This document shows positions 22,477-34,400 of a stretch of 64,000 nucleotides of DNA, in pieces; the first letter of the stretch is position 1, and each line of letters opens with the position of its first letter. The translations under genes and the position numbers were made by a program. Source of the stretch: an uncultured Candidatus Rokubacteria bacterium (GTDB lineage: Bacteria; Methylomirabilota; Methylomirabilia; Rokubacteriales; CSP1-6); contig CAWBMV010000006.1 in assembly GCA_963789955.1 (NCBI GenBank), positions 442,265 through 506,264 on the forward strand. Direction: 5' to 3'. The notes beneath the pieces are model-generated. The model saw nothing but the letters and a program-made list of their open reading frames with translations. It was not told the origin of the DNA and ran no database searches.

Positions 22477-23877
22477 GTGCGCCTCGAGCGAGTGGGGTCG
22501 TATCTCTGGCGGATTCCTCAGGACGCAAGCCGCGGGATGCGCGTCCCCGGTCTCGTCATCGCCGACGATCAGCTGATCGAGTCGATTCGCTCCGACGCCT
22601 CGCTCGACCAGATCGCCAACGGCGCGACCTTACCCGGCATCGTGAGGGCCGCGATGGCCATGCCCGACATCCATCAGGGCTACGGCCTGCCGGTGGGCGG
22701 CGTGGTCGCGACCGATGCGCGGCACGGCGTCGTGAGCCCGGGCGCCATCGGCTTCGACATCAACTGCGGCGTGCGCCTCCTCGCGACCTCGCTCCGATCG
22801 GACGCGATCGCCGACCGGATGGAAACGCTCGTCGACGCGCTGTTCGCAGCGATCCCGACCGGGGTCGGCTCGCGAGGCGAGCTGGCGCTCGATCCCAAGT
22901 CGCTCGATCAGGTCCTCGAGCGCGGCGCCGCCTGGGCCGTTCGCGCCGGCTACGGCGACTCAGAGGATCTCGAGCGGATCGAGTCCAGTGGCGGCCTCGA
23001 AGGCGCCGCGCCGGATCACGTCTCACCGCACGCGCGCGAGCGGGGCCGGCGTCAGCTCGGCACCTTGGGCTCCGGGAATCACTTTCTCGAGGTGCAAACC
23101 GTCGAGGTGGTGTACGACGAGCGGGCGGCGAGCACGCTCGGCGTCAGCGAGGGCCAGCTGATGGTCATGATCCACACCGGCTCTCGCGGGCTCGGTCATC
23201 AGGTGTGCACCGACTACCTCGACACCACCGGCAAGGCGCTGCGCCGCTACGGGATCAGCGTACCCGACCGCCAGCTGGCGTGCGCGCCGGTCGACTCCGA
23301 CGAGGCCCAGGCCTACCTCGGCGCGATGCGCGCGGCGGCCAACTTCGCGTTCGCCAATCGTCAGGTCCTCACGCACTGGACACGTCAGGTCTTCGAGCGG
23401 AGCCTCCACATGGCGCCGCGCGAGCTCGGCCTGCGAGTCGTCTACGACGTCGCCCACAACATCGCCAAGGAAGAGGAGCACGAGGTCGACGGCGTCCGGC
23501 GACGCCTCATCGTCCATCGCAAGGGCGCGACGCGCGCGTTTCCGGGCCAGCCGGTGCTGGTCCCGGGCGACATGGGACGTTACTCCTATCTGCTGATCGG
23601 GACCGAGCGCGCGATGCGCGAGACGTTCGGGAGCACCTGCCACGGCGCAGGGCGGAGGCTCAGCCGCACCGCAGCGGTGAAGGCCGCGCGTGGCCGCAGA
23701 ATCGGCGACGAGCTGCGCCAGCGCGGCGTGCTGGCGCGCGCCACCGGCCGCGACGCGCTCGCCGAGGAGATGCCCGAGGCGTACAAGGACGTTCAGGACG
23801 TCGTCGACGTCGTGCATCGATTCGGCATCTCGACGCGCGTCGCTCGACTCAAACCTTTGGCGGTCATCAAAGGATGA
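22477..23877 (+). CDS. rtcB: RNA ligase RtcB
   Basis: MPDIHQGYG.PVG, GFDINCG, LGTLGSGNHF, HTGSRG, HRKGATRA, PGDMG, HGAGR and EEMPEAYK; AGGAG RBS. Confidence 0.95.
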   Translation: MRLERVGSYLWRIPQDASRGMRVPGLVIADDQLIESIRSDASLDQIANGATLPGIVRAAMAMPDIHQGYGLPVGGVVATDARHGVVSPGAIGFDINCGVRLLATSLRSDAIADRMETLVDALFAAIPTGVGSRGELALDPKSLDQVLERGAAWAVRAGYGDSEDLERIESSGGLEGAAPDHVSPHARERGRRQLGTLGSGNHFLEVQTVEVVYDERAASTLGVSEGQLMVMIHTGSRGLGHQVCTDYLDTTGKALRRYGISVPDRQLACAPVDSDEAQAYLGAMRAAANFAFANRQVLTHWTRQVFERSLHMAPRELGLRVVYDVAHNIAKEEEHEVDGVRRRLIVHRKGATRAFPGQPVLVPGDMGRYSYLLIGTERAMRETFGSTCHGAGRRLSRTAAVKAARGRRIGDELRQRGVLARATGRDALAEEMPEAYKDVQDVVDVVHRFGISTRVARLKPLAVIKG

Positions 23878-23904
23878 CCGCGCGCCGCGTGGTACACTAG
23901 CGCG

Positions 23905-25608
23905 ATGTCCTGGTCATTAAAGAAGAAATCACAAGCTCTGCTCGCCGAAGAGCAGGGAACCGTGATCAAGGATTGGGGCGGCAAGATCTCCGTCGCCCTC
24001 GTCTATCCCAACACCTACGCGGTCGGGATGTCGAATCTCGGCTTCCAGACCATCTACCGCCACCTGAACGCGATGCCCGACGTCGTCTGCGAGCGCGTGT
24101 TCATGCCCGAGCCGGCCGATCTGGACGAGATGCGCCGAGCAGAGACGCAGCCGTTCTCGCTCGAGTCGCTCCGGCCGCTGACCGACTTCCATCTCGTCGG
24201 CTTTTCGGTGACCTACGAGGGCGACTACGTCAACGTGCTGCGGCTGCTCGCGATGGCGGGCATCCCGGTGCGGGCGGCCGCGCGACGGCCGCACGATCCG
24301 CTGGTGCTGATGGGCGGCGTCTGCGCCTTCTCGAATCCGGAGCCGATCGCGCCGTTCATGGACTTCGTGGCGGTCGGCGAAGGCGAGGAGCTGGTCGTCG
24401 AGATGATCGCCGCCTATCGCGCCGGCTACCGCGACCGCGCCGGCCTCCTCGCCTCGCTCGCGGTGATCGACGGCGTCTACGTGCCCGAGCGATACGACAT
24501 CGCCTACGCCGATGACGGCGCGATCGTCGACGTCGCCGCGCGGGACGGCGCGCCCGCGATCGTCGCCAAGCGGCGGCTGCGCAACGTCAACGCGTTCGAG
24601 ACGGTGGCCGCGGTGAAGACCTCGCAGGCCGAGTACGGCCACATGGCGCTGCTCGAGGTGGGCAAGGGCTGCGGGCGCGGCTGCCGCTTCTGTCTCGAGG
24701 GCCAGGTCTATCGGCCCGTCCGACATCGATCCGTCGACGCCCTGCGCGAGACCGTCGAGCGCATGGCGGCCGCCGGTGAGCGGCGCATCGGCCTCGTGGG
24801 CGCGTGCGTGTCGGACTATCCATGGCTCGCCGATCTGCTCAAGGTCGTCGAGGACAACGGCATGGAGCTCTCGATCTCCTCGCTCCGCGCCGACAGCCTC
24901 AGCGAAGGCCTCGTGGCGGCGCTCGCGCGGGGCGGACATCGGACGTTGACCATGGCGCCCGAGGCGGGGACCGAGCGCCTGCGGCGCGTCATCCGGAAAT
25001 CGATCAGCGACGACCAGCTGATGACCGCGTGCGACCTTGTCCGGGCTCACGGCATCCCAAATCTGAAGACCTATTTCATGATCGGCCAGCCGACCGAGAC
25101 CATCGAGGACGTCGAGGCGATCCCGGATCTGGCCGGACGGATGCTCGAGCGACTGCGCGTGCTCGACCCGACCGGACGGCCGTTCGGACGGCTCACCCTG
25201 TCGGTGTCGTCGTTCGTGCCGAAGCCCTGGACGCCGTTCCAGTGGGCGCCCTTCGACGGCGCCGAATCGCTCCAGGCCAAGCTCGAGATCATCAAGCGCG
25301 GTGTGCGTCGCTTCTCCAACGTGCGCGTGCTGCACGAGAACCCTCGTGAGGCGGCACTGCAGGCGCTCCTCGCGCGCGGCGACCGGCGCGTCGGCGACTT
25401 CCTCGAGCTGGCCGCCGCCCACGAAGGCGACTGGCGTCGGGCGCTGCGCGAGTGGGACGGTGACGCCGAGTTCTACACCACACGCCGCCGCGCCCTCGAC
25501 GAGCGGCTGCCGTGGGACCATTTCGACGTGGGCGTCAAGAAGGCCGGTCTGCTGCGCGAGTGGGAACGGGCCGCCGCCGAGGACTCCGCCGTGGCCGGAG
25601 CGCGCTGA
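23905..25608 (+). CDS. Radical SAM protein (B12-binding-like N-terminus, YgiQ/TIGR03960-like)
   Basis: [23 protein letters not shown] cluster motif, [10 protein letters not shown] and [11 protein letters not shown]. Confidence 0.85.
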   Translation: MSWSLKKKSQALLAEEQGTVIKDWGGKISVALVYPNTYAVGMSNLGFQTIYRHLNAMPDVVCERVFMPEPADLDEMRRAETQPFSLESLRPLTDFHLVGFSVTYEGDYVNVLRLLAMAGIPVRAAARRPHDPLVLMGGVCAFSNPEPIAPFMDFVAVGEGEELVVEMIAAYRAGYRDRAGLLASLAVIDGVYVPERYDIAYADDGAIVDVAARDGAPAIVAKRRLRNVNAFETVAAVKTSQAEYGHMALLEVGKGCGRGCRFCLEGQVYRPVRHRSVDALRETVERMAAAGERRIGLVGACVSDYPWLADLLKVVEDNGMELSISSLRADSLSEGLVAALARGGHRTLTMAPEAGTERLRRVIRKSISDDQLMTACDLVRAHGIPNLKTYFMIGQPTETIEDVEAIPDLAGRMLERLRVLDPTGRPFGRLTLSVSSFVPKPWTPFQWAPFDGAESLQAKLEIIKRGVRRFSNVRVLHENPREAALQALLARGDRRVGDFLELAAAHEGDWRRALREWDGDAEFYTTRRRALDERLPWDHFDVGVKKAGLLREWERAAAEDSAVAGAR

Positions 25609-26630
25609 TGGCCATCCGAGACGTCTACCAGCGGCCGCTGCGCAATCTCAGGATCTCGGTGACCGACCGCTGCAACCTGCGCTGCAGCTACTGCATGCCC
25701 GAAGAGGACTACGTGTGGCTGCCGCGCGAGCAGATCCTCAACTTCGAGGAGATGAGCACGCTCGTCGACGTCTTCATGGACCTCGGCGTCGACAAGATCC
25801 GCCTCACCGGCGGCGAGCCGCTCCTGCGGCGCGATCTGCCGCAGCTGATCCGGCTGCTGGCGGACAAGCCGAAGCTTCGCGACCTGGCGCTGACGACCAA
25901 CGGCGTCCTGCTCGCCGAGCAAGCGCCCGCGCTGCACGCGGCCGGGCTCCATCGCGTGACCGTGAGCCTCGACACCCTTCGGCCCGAACGGTTCACCGCG
26001 CTGACACGGAGGGCGAATCACGGGCAGGTGCTGGAGGGCATCGCCGCGCTCGCGCCGGCCGGCTTCACCGGGACGAAGCTCGACACGGTCGTCATGCGAA
26101 ATATCAACGACGACGAGCTGGTCGAGCTGATCGAATACGGCCGGACGGTGCCGGCCGAGGTGCGTTTCATCGAGTACATGGACGTCGGCGGCGCGACCCG
26201 CTGGACGATGGACAAGGTCGTGAGCCGTTCCGAGATGCTGAAGACCCTGGAGCGGCGATATGGGCGGATCGAGCCGGTGGTCGAGGAGAGTACCGCGCCG
26301 GCCGATCGATACCGTCTCGCCGACGGCGCGGTCTTCGGGATCATCTCGTCCACGACCGAGCCGTTCTGCGCGAGCTGCGACCGCAGCCGGCTCACGGCCG
26401 ACGGTGTCTTCTACCTGTGCCTCTACGCCCAGCAGGGCGTCGACCTCCGGGGGCCGCTCCGCCGCGGGGCGTCGCGTGACGAGCTCAGCGCGCTGATCAC
26501 CGGCGCCTGGAGCCGGCGCGCGGACCGCGGCGCCGAGGAACGGCTGAGGCTGCGGGACCGCACACCGCTCGTGCAGATCGGTCGTCTGCGCGAGGACCCG
26601 CACCTGGAGATGCACACGCGGGGCGGGTAA
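25608..26630 (+). CDS. moaA: GTP 3',8-cyclase MoaA
   Basis: [40 protein letters not shown] and C-terminal GG. Confidence 0.96.
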   Translation: MAIRDVYQRPLRNLRISVTDRCNLRCSYCMPEEDYVWLPREQILNFEEMSTLVDVFMDLGVDKIRLTGGEPLLRRDLPQLIRLLADKPKLRDLALTTNGVLLAEQAPALHAAGLHRVTVSLDTLRPERFTALTRRANHGQVLEGIAALAPAGFTGTKLDTVVMRNINDDELVELIEYGRTVPAEVRFIEYMDVGGATRWTMDKVVSRSEMLKTLERRYGRIEPVVEESTAPADRYRLADGAVFGIISSTTEPFCASCDRSRLTADGVFYLCLYAQQGVDLRGPLRRGASRDELSALITGAWSRRADRGAEERLRLRDRTPLVQIGRLREDPHLEMHTRGG

Positions 26631-26696
26631 GCCCGTAGCGCGCGCCGCGGGCCATCGGAGCCGCGGGCGCCGCCCGTGAATGGGGAGGACTGACGC

Positions 26697-27410
26697 GTGA
26701 GCGCCTCTGACACGACCAAGATCGACGTCCAGGAGCACGGCGCCGACCGGCAGACATCCGATCGACGGCTCTACATGCAGCTCTCGGCGTTCGGCAGCTG
26801 TCTCGACGCCAAGCCGCTGCAGCGCGCGCTCGAGTCGAGCCGGCTCGAGGCGGTGCTGTACCAGGACCTCAACGATCCGCGCGGCGTCGCCGTGGTCTCG
26901 ATGAGCGAAGATCCGACCTTCTTCGTCACGGCGCTCCGTGAGGTCTTCAACGCCGAGCCCTTCGCCGGGCTCTCGCAGAAGCCCGAGCTCACGATGTTCG
27001 GACGGACGTACGCTTCCGGCTTCGAGACGGATCTCGAGGACTGGCTGCTGCGCCGGCCGCGCCGGGCCGCGCTCAATCCGGCGTGGCCGTGGGGAATCTG
27101 GTACCCGCTCCGGCGCACCGGATCGTTCAGCAAGCTGACGCCTCAGGAGCAAGGCACGATCATCCGCGAGCACAGCGTGCTCGGCCGCGCCTATGGCGAT
27201 GCCGATCTCGCTCACGACGTGCGGCTGGCCTGCCACGGCCTCGACGTCCACGACAACGACTTCGTCATCGGCCTCGTGGGGCGCCAGCTCCACCCGCTCT
27301 CGCACCTCGTGCAGGCCATGCGAAAGACCACGCAGACCTCGCAATATCTCCAGACGCTCGGCCCCTTCTTCGTGGGCCACGCGCTCTGGCAGAGCCCGTA
27401 CGCGGGATAG
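26697..27410 (+). CDS. Chlorite dismutase/coproheme decarboxylase family heme protein
   Basis: WYPLRR..F..L..EQ..I.REH..LGRAY, GLD..DNDFVIG, MRKT.QTS.Y and GPFFVG. Confidence 0.8.
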   Translation: MSASDTTKIDVQEHGADRQTSDRRLYMQLSAFGSCLDAKPLQRALESSRLEAVLYQDLNDPRGVAVVSMSEDPTFFVTALREVFNAEPFAGLSQKPELTMFGRTYASGFETDLEDWLLRRPRRAALNPAWPWGIWYPLRRTGSFSKLTPQEQGTIIREHSVLGRAYGDADLAHDVRLACHGLDVHDNDFVIGLVGRQLHPLSHLVQAMRKTTQTSQYLQTLGPFFVGHALWQSPYAG

Positions 27411-27470
27411 CGCTCGCTCGCGCCGACGCCGCGGCTTGACGCCGGGCGGAAGGCCGGGCTAGAGGAGGAC

Positions 27471-27779
27471 GTGATGGCTCAGGCGACCCTGCCGCCGTGG
27501 ATCCAGGCGTTGCAGCAGCGAGACCCCGAATTCGTCAGCTCGTACATGGCCCAGCGCGAGCGGATCCTGCGCGACGGCGCCATTCCGGCGAAGTACAAGA
27601 TCCTCATGACCATGATCGTCGACGCGCTGTTGTCCCACCCCGACGGCGTGGCGAACATCGCCGGTCGCGCTCGCGCCGCCGGCGCGTCGGACGCGGAAAT
27701 CCAGGAAACGGTCGAGGTGGCGTACCTCTTCGGCGGCACGCCGGCCCTGGTCACGGCGATGAACGCCTTTCGCAGCTGA
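27471..27779 (+). CDS. Carboxymuconolactone decarboxylase (CMD/AhpD-like) family protein
   Basis: DGAIPAKYKIL...ARAAGASDAEIQETVEVA..GGTPA; GAGGAGG RBS. Confidence 0.8.
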   Translation: MMAQATLPPWIQALQQRDPEFVSSYMAQRERILRDGAIPAKYKILMTMIVDALLSHPDGVANIAGRARAAGASDAEIQETVEVAYLFGGTPALVTAMNAFRS

Positions 27780-27785
27780 CGGAGA

Positions 27786-28457
27786 TCAGCGGGTCGGCGT
27801 CGCGACGAAGATCCGATGCGACGCGCGGAGCTCGGTCTGGGCGAGGACCTCGAAGCCGGCCTCGCCGAGAAGCCATCGCCAGTCCTCGACCGTGTACTTG
27901 TTGTGCACGGGGAAAAGACGGAAGGCGCGTCTGACCGCGTCGGGCCCGCTCTCCTTCATGACGTCGCGTCGCCACGCCAGATAGCTCGAGAGCGGCTGGC
28001 GAATCCAGTCGTTCAGCAGAAAGATCGCGCCGGGCGCGAGAACGCGACGGATCTCGGCCAGGGTCGGCAGGGGCTCGTCGAACACGTGGAGCACCGACGA
28101 CATGCTCGCCAGGTTCACGGTGGCATCGGCGAGCGGCAGCGGCTCGACCGTCACGTCGTGGACCGTGAGCGACACGCTCGCCGGCTTGAAGGCGAGCCGC
28201 CGGCCGTAGGCGATCATCGCGGGCGTGACGTCGTAGCCGTGCAGGATCGCGTCCGGGTGACGCTCGCCGAGGTCGCGCAAGAGAAGCCCCGGCCCACACC
28301 CCAGGTCGATCATCACCGCGCGCGGCGGAAGACGCCGCCCCACGTGCGTGTCGTAGAACGCCCAGAACGGCGCGTCGAAGCGCTCCGGGTGCGTCGCCAC
28401 CATCCGCTGAAGCAGATCCTCGTCCGATGCGCCGCCGAGCGACTGATGAGTGGGCAC
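27786..28457 (-). CDS. Class I SAM-dependent methyltransferase
   Basis: IDLGCGPG, GYDVTPAMI, LPLADA and EIRRVLAPG; GGAGG upstream of GTG. Confidence 0.85.
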   Translation of the reverse strand: MPTHQSLGGASDEDLLQRMVATHPERFDAPFWAFYDTHVGRRLPPRAVMIDLGCGPGLLLRDLGERHPDAILHGYDVTPAMIAYGRRLAFKPASVSLTVHDVTVEPLPLADATVNLASMSSVLHVFDEPLPTLAEIRRVLAPGAIFLLNDWIRQPLSSYLAWRRDVMKESGPDAVRRAFRLFPVHNKYTVEDWRWLLGEAGFEVLAQTELRASHRIFVATPTR

Positions 28458-28520
28458 GCCCGCCTCCCGCGAAGAGTCTAGCGCAAGCCACGGGGATCCG
28501 TGGGAGGATGGCGCCGCGCG

Positions 28521-29940
28521 ATGAGCCGGACCGATACGGCGGTCGTGGGAGCGGCGCGACGTAAGACGAAGGCGCTCGCAGTCCCGCTGGCGGGGCTCGG
28601 CGCCGCGCTGTTCCTGCCTCCGCTGCTCCCTGGTCTTCCGCTCGCCGGCCAGCGGGCGCTGATCGTCACCCTGATCACGATCCTGCTCTGGACCGGCGAG
28701 ATCCTGGCGCCGGGTGTCGCCGCGCTCCTGAGCGTCACCCTGCTCGCGCTCAGCGGCGCCACGGCAAGCCTGCGGGACGCGCTGCAGGGCTTCGCCAACC
28801 CCGTGCCCTTCTTCCTGATCGGCGTGCTGACGATGGGCGCCGCCGTCGTGCGGAGCGGGCTCGCCGAGCGGCTGGCCCGGACCATCCTCGAGCGCGCGCG
28901 GGGGTCGGAGCCTCACGGTCTATCTCCAGCTGGTCCTCTCGTTCCCCGTCCTGACCTTCCTGCTGCCGTCGGCGACGACACGGTCCGGGATCCTGATCCA
29001 CATCTATGACGAGGTCTTTACGCTCGGCCGGGTCCCGCGGGGCGCGGACGTGGCCAAGGCGGTGATGCTCGCGCTCTCGTCGATCAATCGCCTCGCGTCC
29101 ACCTCGCTCTTGACCGGCGGGATCACGCCGGTGATGAGCGCCGCGATCATCGGGGGCATGTCGTGGACCGGCTGGTTCACCTTGATGGCAGTGCCGTACT
29201 ACGCGATTCTGCTGCTGGGCGGCGTCCTCACGTACGCGCTCTATCGCCGCGGGTTCTCGGCGGGGCTGCCGACCCCCGAGCCCGCGCGCCGGCGTCCGAT
29301 CTCGGGGCCCGAGTGGCGAACGATCGCGATCATCCTGAGCGCCTCGGCCCTCTGGCTCACGGACGGCGTGCATCATCTCGATCCGGCGATCCCGGCGCTG
29401 CTCGCGTTCGCCGCGCTGCTCACGCCGGGCCTGGGCCCGCTCGTCTGGGCGGACCTCGAGCGCGGAGTCGGCTGGGCGAACTTCTACGTCATCGCCGCGT
29501 CGATCTCGCTGGCCCACGCGCTGGTGGCGAGCGGCGCGGCGCCGTGGCTCGGTCGGCTCCTGGTCGGCGGCTTGCCGGCATTCGGCGACAGCGCGTTGGC
29601 GGTCGTCGTGCTCCTGATGCTCGGCGCGACGCTCTTGCGAGTCATCGTCCCCAACATCTCCGGCTTTCTCGCGCTGGCGTTGCCGATCGCGATGTCCGTG
29701 GGGCGCGAAGCCGGGGTCAACCCGCTCGTGTGCGCCCTGGTCGTGATGATGACCGGGGACGCGGTCGTCTACTACCCGGCGCAGAGCTCGTCGGCGCTCG
29801 TCATCTACGAGCGCGGCCACGTGTCGGCGGCCGAGATGCTGAAGTTCGGACTGTGGATGACCGTGGTCGGCTGGGTGGCGATCCTGGTGGTCGCGCTGCC
29901 CTGGTGGGCCCTGGTCGGCGAACCCCTGCGGCCCCGCTGA
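28521..29940 (+). CDS. SLC13/DASS-family anion transporter, frameshift near 28905
   Basis: GFANPV.FFLIG, SGLAERLA, LLPSATTR, many TM helices and ALPWWALVG C-terminus. Confidence 0.8.
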
Positions 29941-29941
29941 A

Positions 29942-30026
29942 GATTCGCCGCTCCGAGCGCGGGCTTTGCCCGCGCGAGCCGAATCCTGGGGGGAGGTTCG
30001 GAAGGGGCGGCGAAGCCCCCCTCCGA
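29942..30026. terminator. Two GC-rich hairpins between convergent genes (REP-like or bidirectional terminator)
   Basis: GCGCGGGC-TTT-GCCCGCGC (29957-29975) inside GATTCG...CGAATC, and TCGGAAGGGGC-GGCGAA-GCCCCCCTCCGA (29998-30026). Confidence 0.55.
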
Positions 30027-30027
30027 G

Positions 30028-31476
30028 TCAAAGGGGGGCGGGGAGCTCCGACTTGCCCATCAGATAGAGATCGACCCCGCGCGCGGCGGATCGACCCTCG
30101 GCGATCGCCCAGACGATCAGCGACTGCCCGCGCTGCATGTCGCCGCAGGCGAACACGCCGGGCACGCTGGTCATCCAGTTCGGGTCGCGCCAGACGTTGC
30201 CGCGCTCGGTGAGCCGGACACCGAAGTCGGTCAGCATCCCCGGGCGCTCGGGCCCGAGAAAACCCATCGCGAGCAGGACCAGATCGGCGTCGAGCTTGAA
30301 CTCGCTGCCGGCGAACCGGCTTGAACTCCAGCCGGCCGCCCTCGCGGACCATCTCGACCTTGACCGCCTCGAGCGCCTTCACGCGGCCGCGCGTCGTCGC
30401 CGATGAAGCGCTGCGTCGAGACCGCGTAGACGCGCTCGCCGCCTTCCTCGTGGGCGCCGGACACGCGGAAGATGTTCGGCCACTGCGGCCACGGATTGTC
30501 GGCCGCGCGCTGGTCGGGCGGTCGCGGCAGCAGCTCGAACTGGTGGACGGAGGCCGCGCCCTGGCGATGCACCGTGCCCAGGCAGTCGGCGCCGGTGTCG
30601 CCGCCGCCGATGATGACGACGTGCTTGCCCTGCGCGCTGATGAACCGCTCGTCGGGGACGTGGTCGCCCTCGCAGCGCCGGTTCTGCAGCGTCAGGTACT
30701 CCATGGCGAAGTGGACGCCGTCGAGCTCGCGTCCGGGAATCGAGAGATCGCGCGGCCAGCACGCGCCGCCGGCCAGCACCACCGCGTCGAAGTCGCGCCG
30801 CAGGCTCCCGACCGGCACGTTGACCCCGACGTGGGCGCCCGTCCGGAAGCGCACGCCGTCCTTCTCCATCAGCTGGAGCCGGCGGTCGACGAAGCGCTTC
30901 TCCATCTTGAACTCGGGGATGCCGTAGCGCAGGAGGCCGCCGATCCGGTCGTCGCGCTCGAACACGGTCACCAGGTGGCCGGCGCGGTTGAGCTGCTCGG
31001 CTGCGGCGAGACCGGCCGGGCCGGAGCCGACCACCGCGACCTGCTTGCCGGTGCGCGCGGCCGGCGGCTGCGACGCCGACCCAGCCCTCGTCGAACGCGC
31101 GCTCGACGATCGCGATCTCGACGCCCTTGATCGTCACCGGATCGTCGTTGATGCCGAGCACGCAGGCGCCCTCGCACGGTGCCGGACAGAGGCGCCCCGT
31201 CCACTCCGGGAAGTTGTTCGTCGCGTGCAGGCGATCGATCGCCTCGCGCCACTGGTTGCGGTACACGAGGTCGTTCCAGTCGGGGATGATGTTGCCGAGC
31301 GGGCAGCCCTGATGGCAGAAGGGAATGCCGCAGTCCATGCACCGCGCGGCCTGCTTCGTCAGCTCCTCGACCGGGTAGGGGAGGTAGTACTCCTTCCAGT
31401 CGCGGACGCGCTCGGCCACCGGACGCGCGGGCGGCTTCTTCCGCTTGATCTCGAGGAAGCCGGTGACCTTACCCAC
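30028..31476 (-). CDS. gltD: Glutamate synthase small subunit, several frameshifts
   Basis: [43 protein letters not shown] and [18 protein letters not shown]. Confidence 0.92.
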
Positions 31477-34400
31477 CGCTGGTCCCGACGAGCTCGGCGA
31501 AGGTCGGCGGGCGCCCCTCAGCACGCGCCTGCGCCTCGGCGAGGAGCACGCGCTTGTAGTCCCTCGGCATGATCTTCACGAACCGCGGCTGCATGTCGAT
31601 CCAGTCGCGGAGGATGCCCGCCGCGTAGGTCGATCCGGTGTACTCGACGTGGCGCTGGATCAGGTCGCGCACGAGCGCGATCTCCTCGGGCTGATCGAGA
31701 CGCTCGATATCGACCATGCCGAGGTTACACCGGCGCTTGAAGTCACCGTCCAGGTCGAGCACGTACGCGATGCCCCCGGACATGCCGGCCGCGAAGTTGC
31801 GGCCGGTGCGTCCCAGGACGACGACCCGACCGCCGGTCATGTACTCGCAGGCATGATCGCCGACGCCCTCGACGACCGCGTGGACCCCGCTGTTGCGCAC
31901 GCAGAAGCGCTCGCCGGCAACGCCGCGCACGTAGGCCTCGCCGCTCGTCGCGCCGTAGAGCGCGACGTTGCCGATGATGATGTTGTCCTCGGGCACGAAC
32001 GTGCTCGCGCGGGGCGGAAAGACCGTGAGCTTGCCGCCCGAGAGCCCCTTGCCCCAGTAGTCGTTGGCGTCGCCCTCGAGGGTGAAGGTGACACCCCGCG
32101 GGCACGAACGCGCCGAAGCTCTGGCCCGCGGATCCGGTGAAGTGGACGCGGATCGTGTCGTCCGGCAGCCCGTCGCCGCCCCACCGCTTGCGTGATGTGG
32201 TAGCCGAGCGTGGTGCCGACGGTACGGTTGACGTTGCGGATCGGCAGCCGTAGCTCGACCGGCTTCTTGTGCTCGACGGCCTCGCGGCACGCCGGGATGA
32301 TCGTGGTGTTGTCGAGCGAGCTCTCGAGCGCGTGATCCTGGGGCCGCACGCACCGGCGCGCGACGTCCGCCGGCATGTCCGGCAGGTAGAGGATCGACGA
32401 CAGGTCGAGCCCGCGAGCCTTCCAGTGCTCGAGCGCCGGCTTGAAGTCGAGCCGGTCCGCGCGACCGATCATCTCGTCCATCGTCCGGAAGCCGAGGGCC
32501 GCCATGTGCTCGCGGACTTCCTGGGCGAGGAACCGGAAGAAGTTCACGACGTAGTCGGCCTGGCCGGCGAAGCGCTTGCGAAGCTCCGGATCCTGCGTGG
32601 CGATGCCGACGGGGCAGGTGTTGAGGTGGCAGACCCGCATCATGATGCAGCCGAGCACGACCAGCGGCGCGGTCGAGAAGCCGTACTCTTCGCCGCCGAG
32701 CAGCGCGGCGATGACGACGTCGCGCCCGGTCTTCATCTGGCCGTCGACCTGGACCACGATGCGATCGCGGAGCTTGTTCAGCACCAGGACCTGTTGCGTC
32801 TCGGCGAGCCCGAGCTCCCACGGGACGCCGCCGTGCTTGATCGACGTGAGCGGCGAGGCGCCGGTGCCGCCGTCGTGGCCGGAGATCAGCACGACGTCGG
32901 AGAACGCCTTCGCCACGCCGGCCGCGACCGTGCCCACGCCGATCTCGGCGACCAGCTTCACGTGCACGCGCGCCTCGGGGTTGGCGTTCTTCAGATCGTG
33001 GATGAGCTGCTTGATGTCCTCGATCGAGTAGATGTCGTGGTGCGGGGGCGGCGAGATGAGCTGCACGCCCGGCGTCGCGAACCGCACCTTCGCGATCCAC
33101 GGATAGACCTTGCCGCCGGGAAGCTGGCCGCCCTCGCCGGGCTTGGCGCCCTGGGCCATCTTGATCTGGAGATCCGTCGCGTTGACGAGGTACTCGCTGG
33201 TGACGCCGAAGCGCCCGGACGCCACCTGCTTGACCGCGCTGCGCCGCCAGTCGCCGTTGGGATCACGCTGGTAGCGCGCCGCGTCCTCGCCGCCCTCGCC
33301 GGTGTTCGAGCGCCCGCCGATACGGTTCATCGCGATGGCCAGGGTCTCGTGCGCCTCCTGGCTGATGGAGCCGTAGGACATCGCGCCGGTGGCGAAGCGC
33401 TTGAGGATCGACTCGACCGACTCGACCTCTTCGATCGGCACCGGCGCCGCGCCCGGCCGGAGCTCGATGAGCCCGCGCAAGGTCGCCAGGCGCTTGCTCT
33501 GGTCGTCGCAGAGACGCGTGAAGTCCTTGAACTGCGCGTAGCTCCCGCTGCGCGTGGCGTGCTGGAGCTTGGCGATCATGTCGGGATTGACCATGTGGTG
33601 CTCGCCGTCGCGCCGCCACTGGTACTCGCCGCCCCAGTCGAGCTCCGCGCCGATGGGCCGCTCCGGGAACGCGTGCTCGTGGCGCCGCCGCACCTCGTCC
33701 GCGATCACGTCGAGCCCGATGCCGGACACGCGCGAGACGGTTCCGGTGAAGTAGCGATGCACCAGATCGCCGTTGAGGCCGATGGCCTCGAAGATCTGGG
33801 CGCCGGTGTAGCTCTGCAGCGTGGAGATCCCCATCTTGGCCATGACCTTGAGGATTCCCTTGTTCAGGGCCTTGATGTAGTTCTTGATCGCCTTCGCGCG
33901 ATCGACGCCGGGCAGCAGCCCCTCGTTGATCATGTCGTCGATCGTCTCGAAGGCGACCCACGGATTGACCGCGCCGGCGCCGTAGCCGATCAGGAGGCAG
34001 AGGTGATGCACCTCGCGCGCGTCGCCGGTCTCGATCACGAGCCCGCAGCGGGTGCGCTCCCCGCGCCGGACCAGGTGGTGGTGCATCGACGCCGTGGCCA
34101 GGAGGCTCGGGATGGCCGCCGTCTTACGGCTGATGCCGCGGTCCGAGAGGATGATGACGTTGTAGCCTTCGGCGATCGCCTCGCTCGCGCGCCGCTGGAG
34201 CAGCTCGAGGGTCCGCTCGAGGCCCGCCGCGCCGTCGGCCACCGCGTAGAGCATGGGCAGGGTGAGCGCCTTGAAGCCGCGCTCGGAGACGTGGGCGAGC
34301 TTGGCCAGCTCCTCGTTCGTGATGACCGGGTCCTTCAGCACGATCTGGCGGCAGGACTCGGGCTCCGGCCACGAGGAGGTTGCGCTCCGGACCGACCGTC

